Below, piece by piece: positions 34,781-44,537 of a stretch of 64,000 bases of DNA; positions within the stretch are counted from its first letter, which is position 1; each line of letters opens with the position of its first letter. The notes beneath the pieces were generated by a model that worked only from the letters and a program-made list of their open reading frames with translations, was not told the origin of the DNA and searched no databases. The translations under genes and the position numbers were made by a program. The stretch covers positions 124,001 through 188,000 of the IMG/VR virus record IMGVR_UViG_3300029893_000001; one strand, given 5' to 3'.

Positions 34781-35092
34781 TTAGCGGATCTTTACCATCC
34801 TGAACAAGGACCCGCCAGACAACTTCCGACGCAGCTTCTTCTGAACCTCGTTAGGAAAAACGAAGTTGTCTCCGAACCCTTGATTTCTGGCAAAAACAGT
34901 GTATCGAAGATTCCTAAACTGCTGAAGTTTACGATCCCAAAGAATTGAAGAGACTGCTTTTCCGTTCAGGTAAATTCGAAAAAAGTTGTTCCCGCGCTCA
35001 TCGTCGCCAAGATACAATGCGGCGTAATGGCGCTGATCGATTGTAGCTTGCACAGCCACAATATTCAAAGTGAGTCGCCTAATATCCGCCAT
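34781..35092 (-). CDS. hypothetical protein
   Basis: ORF. Confidence 0.65.
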   Translation of the reverse strand: MADIRRLTLNIVAVQATIDQRHYAALYLGDDERGNNFFRIYLNGKAVSSILWDRKLQQFRNLRYTVFARNQGFGDNFVFPNEVQKKLRRKLSGGSLFRMVKIR

Positions 35093-35115
35093 GATTCTTT
35101 CGTAGATAACGACGC

Positions 35116-35586
35116 TTACGGAACGTGTTTATGCAAGTGAGCCAGAACGACACGTGCTACGTAGTCCGAAATACTGATGCGCTTTTTGTTTCCAAGGCGA
35201 TACTCAGAAACCAACAGTTTCAGCTTTGCATACTCCTCTCGCGGGATAGGAACTTCAACCGTTATCTCTGCTCGCCCGGCACCGACTTCCTGAGCCTCTA
35301 GCGAAGAGCGGACTTCAGTATTCACGATTTCCATGAATCGCTGCCGCTGGGCCGGGGAGGGATAGGAAATCATAGCCAAGTCAGCCGCCTGGCTCCTTCG
35401 TCCCGCCTTAATCATCTGAGCAGCTCTGTGGACTAACTGGTGAGCATTTGCACTCAACCAAATCAAGTTCGAAGCAGCGTCGGATCCTCCTGCATGTTGA
35501 GGATTTTTATGGTGGATGTGACACGTCGCACGAGGGTATGTCTTACCCTCGATATAGCACACCACCAATTCAGTAGGCTCCGTCAC
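35116..35586 (-). CDS. HNH-like domain plus possible ribbon-helix-helix
   Basis: HIHHKNP..AGGSD..SNLIWLSANAHQLVH. Confidence 0.65.
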   Translation of the reverse strand: MTEPTELVVCYIEGKTYPRATCHIHHKNPQHAGGSDAASNLIWLSANAHQLVHRAAQMIKAGRRSQAADLAMISYPSPAQRQRFMEIVNTEVRSSLEAQEVGAGRAEITVEVPIPREEYAKLKLLVSEYRLGNKKRISISDYVARVVLAHLHKHVP

Positions 35587-35834
35587 CCCTCGTCTACGAT
35601 CTTCAAGTGCCCGTTATTGAATAAGTCCTTTAGATTTGGCGACTTACGAAGCTGAGCAACACTTGCGAACTGCAACAGGTCTACCTTCGAGCCGGGACGA
35701 ACAACAAGGTGCTGCATACGTTTCTTATCGTCTTTCCAATAAACGATCACCTCAGACGTAGAACGGTTGAAGACCGTGCAGTGCCCACTAGCTAACGACT
35801 TGAGAAGCTTTGCCGACATATTCCTTATCCTCAC
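35583..35834 (-). CDS. hypothetical protein
   Basis: Coupled ORF. Confidence 0.6.
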   Translation of the reverse strand: MRIRNMSAKLLKSLASGHCTVFNRSTSEVIVYWKDDKKRMQHLVVRPGSKVDLLQFASVAQLRKSPNLKDLFNNGHLKIVDEG

Positions 35835-38311
35835 CCACCTAGGCCAAACTGGTCTAGAATCCGAGCCTCCGATGAGTTGTGATGGGCAATAACCTCGCCC
35901 ATGTTTTTGATTTTCATTCGAACGGTCATAACTGCCTCTCCTGAAGAGTCAACCGTTACTTCGCCAGACCCCGCCGCCTCCATCTCCCCAGGAGCACCAC
36001 CAACATGCTTCAACTGAGCACGGTCGTACATTGTACGAACGTTTGGCCCAGAGGGCGCCGTAGCGGTTGCTTTCCGGGCCATTTCCACGCCAGCGGTTCG
36101 GCCCTCCTCTCCCTCGTCAGATCCAAACAGACCGCCAAAGGTCTCACTAATACTATCTCCTAGGGCGCTCAATCCGGCAGTAGCGTAGTCACCAATCGTA
36201 GAAATGATGCCCTCACCCTGCTGCTCCGGTTGAGGCACTTTCTTACGGCGCGCAGGAGACTCTTCGCCTCCCCCGGTCAAGCGTTCGTATTGCTCTCGAA
36301 CGCGCTCTAGCTCACCCTGCTTTTTTGAGTTCTCCTCAAGAGCTGCAGCAATTCTGTCCAGGTCGGCTTTCCTACGGTCGCGGGCGCCTTCTGTATCCGC
36401 GTCCACCATCGCCCTCTGAGCTTCAGCAAACTCCTCAATCAGCTTCTTACGCTCTGCCTCAGTTGCTTCCAGCCCAGCCTCAACGGCTGATGTAGCGTAA
36501 TCCTGCTTAAGAGACTCACCTGTCATATCCTCGTAAAGACCGGCAACCCCACCAAGCCCTGGAATGTTTGAGATCATCTTTACGATATTGCTGACGTTCA
36601 ACATGATGCTCTTCAAGAAGTCTTTGATGTTGAAGAGCTGCTGGATTGGGTCTTTGAATGACAGCACCGCTGTCAGCGCGGATGATGTCATTTCCTTCAT
36701 GCCCTCAGCCTTTTCCATGGCTTCCTTTTGAAGCCTAGCAATCTCCTCCGCAGCAGCGCCTGAGCCCTCTTTCATGAGGATATCAGCCATAAGGCGCTTC
36801 TGTGACGTGGTGAGTTCCTCAAAGCCATTGATCGACGAAAGTAGTCTAGACGAAACAGAAGTGTCGTCAATTTTTGAGATGCCCAGTCTATTCATCTGGG
36901 CATCAAGGTCGGCTTTGATAGCGGCCGTGGTACCCGCAAGAAGGTTGCGCATATCAAGAGCGCCCATGCCTTCTCCAAGAGTCGAAATACCCTGCTTCAA
37001 AGCTAACCTATTCTCGTCCATGGCCGTAATGCCCATCGTTCCATAGGCCATGTCCTCTAGCATTCTCTGTTGTTCTTCCGTAGCCTTTTCGTACCGGACC
37101 CCCAATGCCTCTTCCGCATCTTTCAATGCCTTAGAGAGCTGCGCCTGAAGTTGCTGGCCTGACAGGAATCCTGCGGCGTCTTGCCTCTCCTTAAAGAACA
37201 TTCCAGCAAAGGCTTTAGACACCTTTTCAGTTCCTTCTGCACTCAATCCATACTCAGCGGCTTTCTTAGCTGCGTAAGCATACGCAGCACCAACATTCTC
37301 AATCGAAACCACTTGAGAGTCAAGATTTCGAGTAGCGTCTGCAATAGCCCGGACAAAGTCGTCGCGCACAGTAAAGGCGAAGCCCTGAAGAACATTATCC
37401 GTATTGCTGAGGCTTTCACGTAAAATATCAACTTGGGCTGTAACTTGCTCGATGTCCTCAGCGCTATCCTCGAACGAGCGACCCGACTTTCTGGAACGTT
37501 CGACGAGGAGCCCTAGGGCAGTATCCGTTGCAACACCCTGCGCCTCTAAGTACTTCAAAGAGTCGGTTACGGCAGTGATCTGTTTAATCGCACCTGGGGC
37601 TATGACGTCTGTTTTCGATAGATGAATGAACTGCTGCGCCAGCTTTTCGGTCTCCTCAGAAGCGTCAGCATACTTGACCTTCAATCCCTTCAGCTCTGCG
37701 TCCAACTCTACTATCGCAGTCCTATATTCCCAGACGGTGGGTGCTACGTCGACCATTGCGCGGCCAAGATCTTCGGCCGCGCCTGCGCTTCGTTCGATAG
37801 ATCCCGTCACATCATCAAAATCAACTGCCGTCTGCCGGATAGGTTTGGTCACCTGTGGAAGGTTGCCAAACTTCAGCATGTTATCGATACCCGCCTTGAA
37901 AGGCTGGACAATGCTGCCCAGCAAAGTACGAGTGTCGTCAGAATCTTCTTGAATTTCCCGAAGAGCTTGTTTGATTCCCTCGTAGCGCTGCAACAGCGAT
38001 TGCGAGCGTTCCATCTCTTCACGATGGTACCGCTCACGCAATGTATCGAGTTGCTTTAGAGTTGTACCTTGAGCAGAAAGCAAGCCCGATGTGCGCGTCA
38101 GCTCTCGTTCATATGCTGCCGCGTCACGTGAACGGGCTTGCATAGCAGCCGAGTGCGCCGCAGCCAATCCTGCAACTGCACGCTCCTCCCCCTTCATTGT
38201 AGAAATCAGACGCTTCCGAGCCTGCTCGTACGCCCGGACCGCCCGCGCCTGCTCAGCGATGTTCTTGTCGTCGCCGCGCGAACCGATTCCTCCGAAGGGA
38301 TTCGAGGGCAT
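35831..38311 (-). CDS. probable tail tape measure protein
   Basis: 826 aa, Ala-rich and helical; directly follows the frameshifted chaperone pair. Confidence 0.7.
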   Translation of the reverse strand: MPSNPFGGIGSRGDDKNIAEQARAVRAYEQARKRLISTMKGEERAVAGLAAAHSAAMQARSRDAAAYERELTRTSGLLSAQGTTLKQLDTLRERYHREEMERSQSLLQRYEGIKQALREIQEDSDDTRTLLGSIVQPFKAGIDNMLKFGNLPQVTKPIRQTAVDFDDVTGSIERSAGAAEDLGRAMVDVAPTVWEYRTAIVELDAELKGLKVKYADASEETEKLAQQFIHLSKTDVIAPGAIKQITAVTDSLKYLEAQGVATDTALGLLVERSRKSGRSFEDSAEDIEQVTAQVDILRESLSNTDNVLQGFAFTVRDDFVRAIADATRNLDSQVVSIENVGAAYAYAAKKAAEYGLSAEGTEKVSKAFAGMFFKERQDAAGFLSGQQLQAQLSKALKDAEEALGVRYEKATEEQQRMLEDMAYGTMGITAMDENRLALKQGISTLGEGMGALDMRNLLAGTTAAIKADLDAQMNRLGISKIDDTSVSSRLLSSINGFEELTTSQKRLMADILMKEGSGAAAEEIARLQKEAMEKAEGMKEMTSSALTAVLSFKDPIQQLFNIKDFLKSIMLNVSNIVKMISNIPGLGGVAGLYEDMTGESLKQDYATSAVEAGLEATEAERKKLIEEFAEAQRAMVDADTEGARDRRKADLDRIAAALEENSKKQGELERVREQYERLTGGGEESPARRKKVPQPEQQGEGIISTIGDYATAGLSALGDSISETFGGLFGSDEGEEGRTAGVEMARKATATAPSGPNVRTMYDRAQLKHVGGAPGEMEAAGSGEVTVDSSGEAVMTVRMKIKNMGEVIAHHNSSEARILDQFGLGG

Positions 38312-38913
38312 TATCTACGCCGTCCTCCGCCAATCGGCCGCGCACGGCTCTCGGTGAAGCCGCCCTTGGGACGTTGGCTTTGAGCAAAAGGATCCACATT
38401 CGATTTCTCGAAGTCATCCTGAACGGCAGCAGTAGCTCCCATTCGACGTAAGAACTCCTCTTTCGAACTACCGTATAGGCTGGTGGCATCCTTCGGGACG
38501 TGAGACATCCCAAATAGTCCACCCGTAGTCGGCAACGCATGCTCCTGGAGGTTTTTCAGAAGCTCAGGACGCACTAAGAGACTAAGCGGATAGCGTAGCA
38601 CTCGACGAGCTTCGTCCTCCACGGGAGGGGCGTTCTCAAGTTGTTCCGCAGTCATGTTGCCGCTCTGTTGTGCCTCAGATTGTCGTGCAAGAACTTCAAG
38701 ATCTTCCGGGGTCCAAACAAGACCAAGCATTCGTTCCCATCGATAGAACCAATGGTCCTCTTCCCACTGGAGGAAGAGATATGTGATCTCTAATTCAGCA
38801 ACTGAGGCATCAATCAGACGGGGGTCGTTGACTGTAGTGCGGAGCTTAGCGGCGACACTGCCTCTGAGCCAGATTTCCCAATCTAGCTCCCGGAGCCGTT
38901 CTGCGTTAAAGGG
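38311..38913 (-). CDS. tail assembly chaperone, -1 frameshift extension (gpGT-like)
   Basis: The -1 frame is open from CCCTTTA (38913-38907) through ORF 38311-38730. Confidence 0.7.
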   Translation of the reverse strand, partial: PFNAERLRELDWEIWLRGSVAAKLRTTVNDPRLIDASVAELEITYLFLQWEEDHWFYRWERMLGLVWTPEDLEVLARQSEAQQSGNMTAEQLENAPPVEDEARRVLRYPLSLLVRPELLKNLQEHALPTTGGLFGMSHVPKDATSLYGSSKEEFLRRMGATAAVQDDFEKSNVDPFAQSQRPKGGFTESRARPIGGGRRR

Positions 38914-39743
38914 CCAGGGGAGCCCTCCTCATCTTTCTTCTTATCCACCTTCTTCGCTAGGTAATTCGAATCTACCTTCTCCTCGTAGGCAGCGTAAAGG
39001 TGCTCCACAGTGTCAAACAGGGAAGTACGAAGTTCCTCGCAAAAAGCCTCTGCCGCCTGAAATCTCAGGCCAATGTGGGGATACATTGGGTCACGAATAT
39101 GATCCGGATTTTCAGGCTCAAAACCCAGCACCTGCCAAATTGGCTCCTTGTCGATGGCAGCAACGCCCATTGACATGAAAGCAATCTTCCAAGCAAAAGT
39201 AGCCAACGCTGGATTCTGCATCAGCTCTTGGGTCTTCTCTAGAACCCACTGGTAATCCTCGTAGTTGATACCTCGAAGACCAAACACCATCTCAGCGTTC
39301 TGAGTCAAATCATCAGGATCTCGACGAACAAGGGGCGCATCAACCACCTTGATTCGTTGAAGACCAAACACTTCCCGGAAACGACGAAGTGTCTTTGTCT
39401 CTTTTCGGGTGGCTTTTGCAGTGGGAGGAACGGGCCTCACTCCCCTTGGTTCTGGCGGCTTTGCTCCGCTACCGCCCCCGGGGGACTGTGATGTGGGCTG
39501 CGCCTGCCGCTGCGCTTGCTGTGCTTCAGAGAGAGGGTCCCTCAGTGTTCCGTCGGAATTAGGATCGTAGGAAGTCTCAGCTCCCAGACGACGAGTTCCG
39601 GGAGAGGTAGCCGATCCTTGGAATGGCTGATCTACGCCGGAAGCGCTACGCCACGGATCATGAGGATGTGGCAACGAACCTTGGATAGGGGTATCTGAGA
39701 TTTCCGCTACCGACACACGCTCCCCAAATCTATCGTCAGTCAT
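38883..39743 (-). CDS. tail assembly chaperone (gpG-like)
   Basis: Position upstream of the tape measure; slippery heptamer near its 3' end. Confidence 0.7.
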   Translation of the reverse strand: MTDDRFGERVSVAEISDTPIQGSLPHPHDPWRSASGVDQPFQGSATSPGTRRLGAETSYDPNSDGTLRDPLSEAQQAQRQAQPTSQSPGGGSGAKPPEPRGVRPVPPTAKATRKETKTLRRFREVFGLQRIKVVDAPLVRRDPDDLTQNAEMVFGLRGINYEDYQWVLEKTQELMQNPALATFAWKIAFMSMGVAAIDKEPIWQVLGFEPENPDHIRDPMYPHIGLRFQAAEAFCEELRTSLFDTVEHLYAAYEEKVDSNYLAKKVDKKKDEEGSPGPLTQNGSGS

Positions 39744-39818
39744 GCTTTTTTACTCCTAAGTGAGATTTTACTGAGGATTACCCAGTCAGGATAACATAGG
39801 TAGCCCTGACATCAATGT

Positions 39819-39856
39819 ACAGAACCCCGGTAGGAGATATCCTACCGGGGTTCTGT
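39819..39856. terminator. perfect 17-bp hairpin
   Basis: ACAGAACCCCGGTAGGA/TCCTACCGGGGTTCTGT. Confidence 0.7.
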
Positions 39857-39878
39857 CACGTGATCTCGAAAGCGAAGG

Positions 39879-41102
39879 TCACTTCTTGGCGAGCTTAGCT
39901 ACACGAGCAGCAAGGCCCTTCTCGCCCTTAGCCGCAAGCTTTTTGGCAAGAGAGACCATCTTTGCCTTATCCGCTGCCGAGAACTTGAGGCCACCACCCA
40001 TGGGGCCGCTGACCTCAAGGTTCGGGAGAAGGTCCATCCCCTCCATGTCGGAGTCGTCGTCCATCGACATTTCCTCGTCGGACATCTCCTCCTCTTCCTC
40101 GCCCATGGCGGGAGGCATCTCAGACTCCTCATCCAACATTTCCTCTTCCTCGTCCGCCTCGTACATACGGTCCGAGGAAGCCTCCATGTCTTCTGCGTCC
40201 ATGGCCTCCATCATAGCAGCCAGCTCGTCCTCGCCGTCACCTAGATCAAGGCCACTGAGGTCCAAATCGTCAGCGTCCTCGCCGCCTTCATCGGACATCT
40301 CCTCACCCTCGTCTAGACCGCCGAGATCTAGGTCACCGGAGTCCTCGTCAGAGTCCTCAGACTCTTCTGACTCCTCGGCGCCTTCATCTCCCTCCTCAGA
40401 AAGATCCATCTCCTCGTCGGCGTCTTCGGCTCCCTCATCGCCGCCTCCGAGATCCAGCTCCTCTTCCGCGCTGCTCTCATCTTCCTCCATCGCGAGACGG
40501 ATGAGCGAATCAAGCTGCTTATCGAAAGCAGACTGCTTGGGATAACCCTCGCCGTCTTCACCAAAGGGAAGTTCCAGATCTTCCTTCTCTTCGGAATCCA
40601 TCTTCGCATCAGGCTTGTTTGCCTTCTCGCGGTCAAAACGCTTGGAGGCGTCTCCCTTGCTCTCCGGAGAACTGTGCTTGCCAGTGGTCGAGTAGTCGTA
40701 GTCCGAATCAAGGTCCTCAGCGATCTTAAGAACCTCAAGAGCGGCCTTCTTCTCGCCCTCCTTTAGCAGCTCAGCAGCAATATCCTCTAGCTCAGCAACC
40801 TGAGCACGAGCAATCTTACGCATAGCAGAAGCAATTCGTGCACGGCGAGAACCGTAGTTCGTCTCCGCTTCCTTCTTTGCGGGCTTCTTGTTCTTCTTAG
40901 AACGGGCCTTCGCAGAAGGCTTTTCCTTCTTATCTTCCTTCTGCTTCTTCTTGGCAGAAACCCGGCGTCGCTGCGAAGTCATAAGTTCTGCAGAAACCTC
41001 ATCAACAAGGGTTGCGAGATCTGCATTACCGGTCTTCTCCAGCTCCTGGGCGATGTCGTCCAGTTCAGAGACGACGGGGTCATTTACATACGGATGCGCC
41101 AT
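39879..41102 (-). CDS. highly acidic, low-complexity, probably virion-associated protein
   Basis: Long D/E tracts and a repeated (EL)EDIA.EL...G helix; lies in the structural module. Confidence 0.7.
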   Translation of the reverse strand: MAHPYVNDPVVSELDDIAQELEKTGNADLATLVDEVSAELMTSQRRRVSAKKKQKEDKKEKPSAKARSKKNKKPAKKEAETNYGSRRARIASAMRKIARAQVAELEDIAAELLKEGEKKAALEVLKIAEDLDSDYDYSTTGKHSSPESKGDASKRFDREKANKPDAKMDSEEKEDLELPFGEDGEGYPKQSAFDKQLDSLIRLAMEEDESSAEEELDLGGGDEGAEDADEEMDLSEEGDEGAEESEESEDSDEDSGDLDLGGLDEGEEMSDEGGEDADDLDLSGLDLGDGEDELAAMMEAMDAEDMEASSDRMYEADEEEEMLDEESEMPPAMGEEEEEMSDEEMSMDDDSDMEGMDLLPNLEVSGPMGGGLKFSAADKAKMVSLAKKLAAKGEKGLAARVAKLAKK

Positions 41103-41129
41103 GGCTATTGACCTCTTTATAGGTTCTCG

Positions 41130-41462
41130 TTAGGGGTTACTCGGACGCTTCCTCAGCCATTCACGGTTCGCCAAGCGACGAATTGCGCGACGAGCGTCGG
41201 AAAGTGAAGATGCCGCCTGACGAATCAGGCCAGCGTCATCGCTGTCGAAATAAGTCAGGGCAGACGTTGAATTAATATCCTGGAAGACGTGATTTAGCTC
41301 TTCCAGAGCTGTGTAGTAGTCTGCGAGTGCTGTCCGGAGCCGGTCCTTTTGCCTACGTGAGTGAGAAGGTGACACACCCGAGTCACCTGCCTCTGCCTCT
41401 TTAGCACGGGCATGTACAAGAGCCGAAATTTCAGCCAACCGGTCGCGGACTTTTGAGTCCAT
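41130..41462 (-). CDS. hypothetical protein
   Basis: ORF. Confidence 0.65.
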   Translation of the reverse strand: MDSKVRDRLAEISALVHARAKEAEAGDSGVSPSHSRRQKDRLRTALADYYTALEELNHVFQDINSTSALTYFDSDDAGLIRQAASSLSDARRAIRRLANREWLRKRPSNP

Positions 41463-41464
41463 AC

Positions 41465-41983
41465 TTAGACAGCCCTCGTCCGAGAAACGAATGCGATTTG
41501 ACCATCGACAATGGTCTTTGCGTCACCCTCAGCAGTAAATCCTTGCTCGTTACGACCAGTGAACCAGCAACCAGAGTAAAGCCAGACACGGTATACTGCA
41601 GATCCCCTAAAGAGGTATTCCTGCATAGAGAAAGGCCTATTCTGGTCAATCAAGTCCGCCCAAACTGCCGGGTAACCAAGAGCAATTTCAAACTCCTGGC
41701 TCCAAACCTCAACGCGAGAGACGCTGATGTTGTAGTTTGTATTGATGCTGGGGACGTAGTCAACTGGCCGTCCAAACGTCAAGTGATTCAACTCGTAGAC
41801 GTGAGAACCATTACGAGAGTACATCTGGGGATTCCAGGACTGAATACGGCCTACAATCCGTCCGTTCACCACGATCGAAATCCCGTGGTAGGTCTTGATA
41901 GTAGGAGCCCCGGGTGCATCAAAGTCCAGAAGACGGACTCGAACTCCGTGGGGATTAGCTGCATACGGGGTGGGGGATGCCAT
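41465..41983 (-). CDS. tail tube protein
   Basis: 172 aa, beta-rich, VGRIQSW..YEL..YVP..YSGCWF pattern; near the sheath gene. Confidence 0.75.
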   Translation of the reverse strand: MASPTPYAANPHGVRVRLLDFDAPGAPTIKTYHGISIVVNGRIVGRIQSWNPQMYSRNGSHVYELNHLTFGRPVDYVPSINTNYNISVSRVEVWSQEFEIALGYPAVWADLIDQNRPFSMQEYLFRGSAVYRVWLYSGCWFTGRNEQGFTAEGDAKTIVDGQIAFVSRTRAV

Positions 41984-42033
41984 GTATTCTCCTGTTACCG
42001 ATATTTATGCGGAGAGACGTTACAGTCTAATCC

Positions 42034-42510
42034 TTAGTCTACCTTTTCGGCTCCATCCAAGTGATGCGAAGCCGCCTGCTTTAGCTTCAGATAACGCCTA
42101 ACATCCGATTCGGTAATATTGGCTCTAACCGCTCTCGATACATAAGATGTCTCGACTCGCTCCCGAAGCGCCTTTGCTGTAAGCAGTAGGTTGATCCTGG
42201 AGACAGAAGACATCGCCGCTTTGTTGATGAAATATGCGGACTGCTCATCAACACGGTTATCGACTTCTTTGAAAGGAACCGGACGATACTGGTGTTCGGC
42301 CGCGAATTCTGTAATCGAGAGAAACCCAGAAGTTTGTAAGTACCGAATGTACTGCAGAACAAGCCTTTCTGCAGTGTCAAGGTCCTCAACGAGGATACCC
42401 CGCGAAAGGTACTTATGATTTCGGTTGTAGAGAAGAATCTTTCCCTCCTGCTTACGAGCCATGAGGCCAGAAGAGGACAAAAGCTTTCCCAATCGCTTAA
42501 GGTTAGCCAT
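42034..42510 (-). CDS. hypothetical protein
   Basis: ORF. Confidence 0.65.
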   Translation of the reverse strand: MANLKRLGKLLSSSGLMARKQEGKILLYNRNHKYLSRGILVEDLDTAERLVLQYIRYLQTSGFLSITEFAAEHQYRPVPFKEVDNRVDEQSAYFINKAAMSSVSRINLLLTAKALRERVETSYVSRAVRANITESDVRRYLKLKQAASHHLDGAEKVD

Positions 42511-43557
42511 TTACGCAACCTCCTGAAGGCGATCGATGACCTCAGGAAGAATTTCCTTGTACTGCTTGGCCAACTCAGGGTCTTTTGCTTCTAAAGTAGC
42601 CAACAACGCGTCAGGGGAAATCTCTTTCTCTCGAATGAGAGCAACAGATTTCTCAATGAGAGACTTTTTCTCCTGAAGAGAAAGCCGACTCTTCTCCTCA
42701 TGTTCTTGGTCTGCCTCAGAAAGAAGGCGGTCAAAAGCGGCGTAAAGAGCCCCTTCGCTTTTCAAGTACACAGAAGAGTACTTGACATAGATGGTATATT
42801 CTCTGAACTTGGGAAAGTTCCTAGAACTTACTGGAGTCCCTCGCGTAAGTTGGTTAAGAACCAAAGACGCTTCTTCTGCCGACCTGAAGACCGCAGGCCT
42901 GTATGGGTCCAAATCTGGGTTCTTCACAAGTTGCGCGAGGATCTTTGGATTCTCGTAGTAAGCTACCTGCCCGTCTTTGGGCCCGCCATTATGAACGACT
43001 CTCCACGCCCGAGTACCTAGATCTTTATCGTAGGCGTGCTCTATTCTGAATGGTCGATCCGAGAGGTCTCGAACATCTGCAGTAAGTAGCTTTACTTGAG
43101 GTAATACCCCACCGAATACCGCAGTGACAACCTCCTGAAGTTTTTCCAGGGGAAAGAGACCTCTTGTTGGATTTCCAGGAGTGAATACGGTCTTTGAGCT
43201 AATCGCTCCAAGGTCGCCATCTTGTTCCAAGAGGACAAGTGGACCAAAAATGAGGTCTACCCGGATACCGTCACCCTGCCCCGGCACAACCGTTCGGGCA
43301 GCTAGAACCTTCTGAACACTTGGAACCGGGGTACGGCGTGACGACGAACTTCCGGGAGCCGCAGACTCAAAAGGAGTAGAAGTAAAGTACTGAATAAGCT
43401 TCCGAACTCGATTGCCCTGTGCGTGGTCAAGAGCAAGTGTCGCTCTAGCAGGGTCCAGAGGACGCTTGGAAGCCTTCATTACACGAATTGCCAGTTTGTA
43501 GAGTAGACTGGCAATTCGTGTACGGGTCTCCGTATCGAGTGTTTCGAGGCGGGCCAT
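42511..43557 (-). CDS. hypothetical protein (structural module)
   Basis: Start trimmed to ATG 43557. Confidence 0.65.
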   Translation of the reverse strand: MARLETLDTETRTRIASLLYKLAIRVMKASKRPLDPARATLALDHAQGNRVRKLIQYFTSTPFESAAPGSSSSRRTPVPSVQKVLAARTVVPGQGDGIRVDLIFGPLVLLEQDGDLGAISSKTVFTPGNPTRGLFPLEKLQEVVTAVFGGVLPQVKLLTADVRDLSDRPFRIEHAYDKDLGTRAWRVVHNGGPKDGQVAYYENPKILAQLVKNPDLDPYRPAVFRSAEEASLVLNQLTRGTPVSSRNFPKFREYTIYVKYSSVYLKSEGALYAAFDRLLSEADQEHEEKSRLSLQEKKSLIEKSVALIREKEISPDALLATLEAKDPELAKQYKEILPEVIDRLQEVA

Positions 43558-43564
43558 CCAACAG

Positions 43565-44530
43565 TTACAGCGAAATAAGATTCGCTGCCATTCGCATGAG
43601 GTGCTTCGAGCGAGAGAACTCTTCGTCAAGCTTAGAAATCATATGAGCGCCCTGAACCAGGCTAGCATACTTCTCGGAAGAAGCCTGCTTTGCAGACAAT
43701 GTTCCCATCAGCTTCCTAATTGTAGCACCCAAAGGCACAATCTCACCCTTTGTGACTTGTTGAATCTTGGTGAGAAGGAATGCTAACGCACCCTTCACTT
43801 TCTGAAGGTTGTTGCCCATGATGGCGTCCTCCAGCATGTCGTTTGCCTGCTGAAGCTGTTGAGTCATGAGTGGGACAAGCTTCTTTGCTTGTTCCAGAAC
43901 CTGGGCTGCGGGTACACGCTGCTTCTTTGACGCCTGGTCCGTAATGTCCTGAAGATCACTAGACTCTAATTCGGTGGTGTCCAGGTTCTCAATCTCTTCA
44001 CTTGTAAGAGCCTTCTTTAGTTCGGCGATCTTTGCTCTTCGCCAATCTCGCTGCTCTGCGGCAGAAAGCTTTGGCTTGGGTGTCTTCTTGAGGCCCGGCG
44101 TTTCAGACGTAAGCTCTTTGCGCTTTTTGTCTGCGTCGTTTAATGCCTTCTGCTTCGACTTCTTGGAATCGCTCTTGGGTTTTCCGGACCCAATACCGCC
44201 CTGAGTATCCCCTGAAAACGGATAACCAACAGGTTCTGCATCGCCCGTTGACTTATCCAGTTTCGACTCGTCCTTCTTGCCCTTAGGCTTTGGTTGGACT
44301 TTCTTGCGATCATACTTCTCAGAAGCCGTAGCACCTGGCTTCTTGCCCTTGCCGTCGTCCTTGTCCTTTGACTTGGACTTAACTGCCTGCTTCAGCTCTG
44401 CTTCAAGCTCTGCAATCTTCTGTCGACGAGGCGACACTGCATTGCCTTCAAGCTCTGCAATCTTCTTTTTCCGGGCCGCCGCCTGAACTCGACGGATGCG
44501 GCTCGCCATGTTCTTACTAGTCATCGTCAT
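43565..44530 (-). CDS. Lys-rich hypothetical protein (structural module)
   Basis: Repeated R.KIAELE helix; GAGG RBS. Confidence 0.7.
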   Translation of the reverse strand: MTMTSKNMASRIRRVQAAARKKKIAELEGNAVSPRRQKIAELEAELKQAVKSKSKDKDDGKGKKPGATASEKYDRKKVQPKPKGKKDESKLDKSTGDAEPVGYPFSGDTQGGIGSGKPKSDSKKSKQKALNDADKKRKELTSETPGLKKTPKPKLSAAEQRDWRRAKIAELKKALTSEEIENLDTTELESSDLQDITDQASKKQRVPAAQVLEQAKKLVPLMTQQLQQANDMLEDAIMGNNLQKVKGALAFLLTKIQQVTKGEIVPLGATIRKLMGTLSAKQASSEKYASLVQGAHMISKLDEEFSRSKHLMRMAANLISL

Positions 44531-44537
44531 CTACCTC

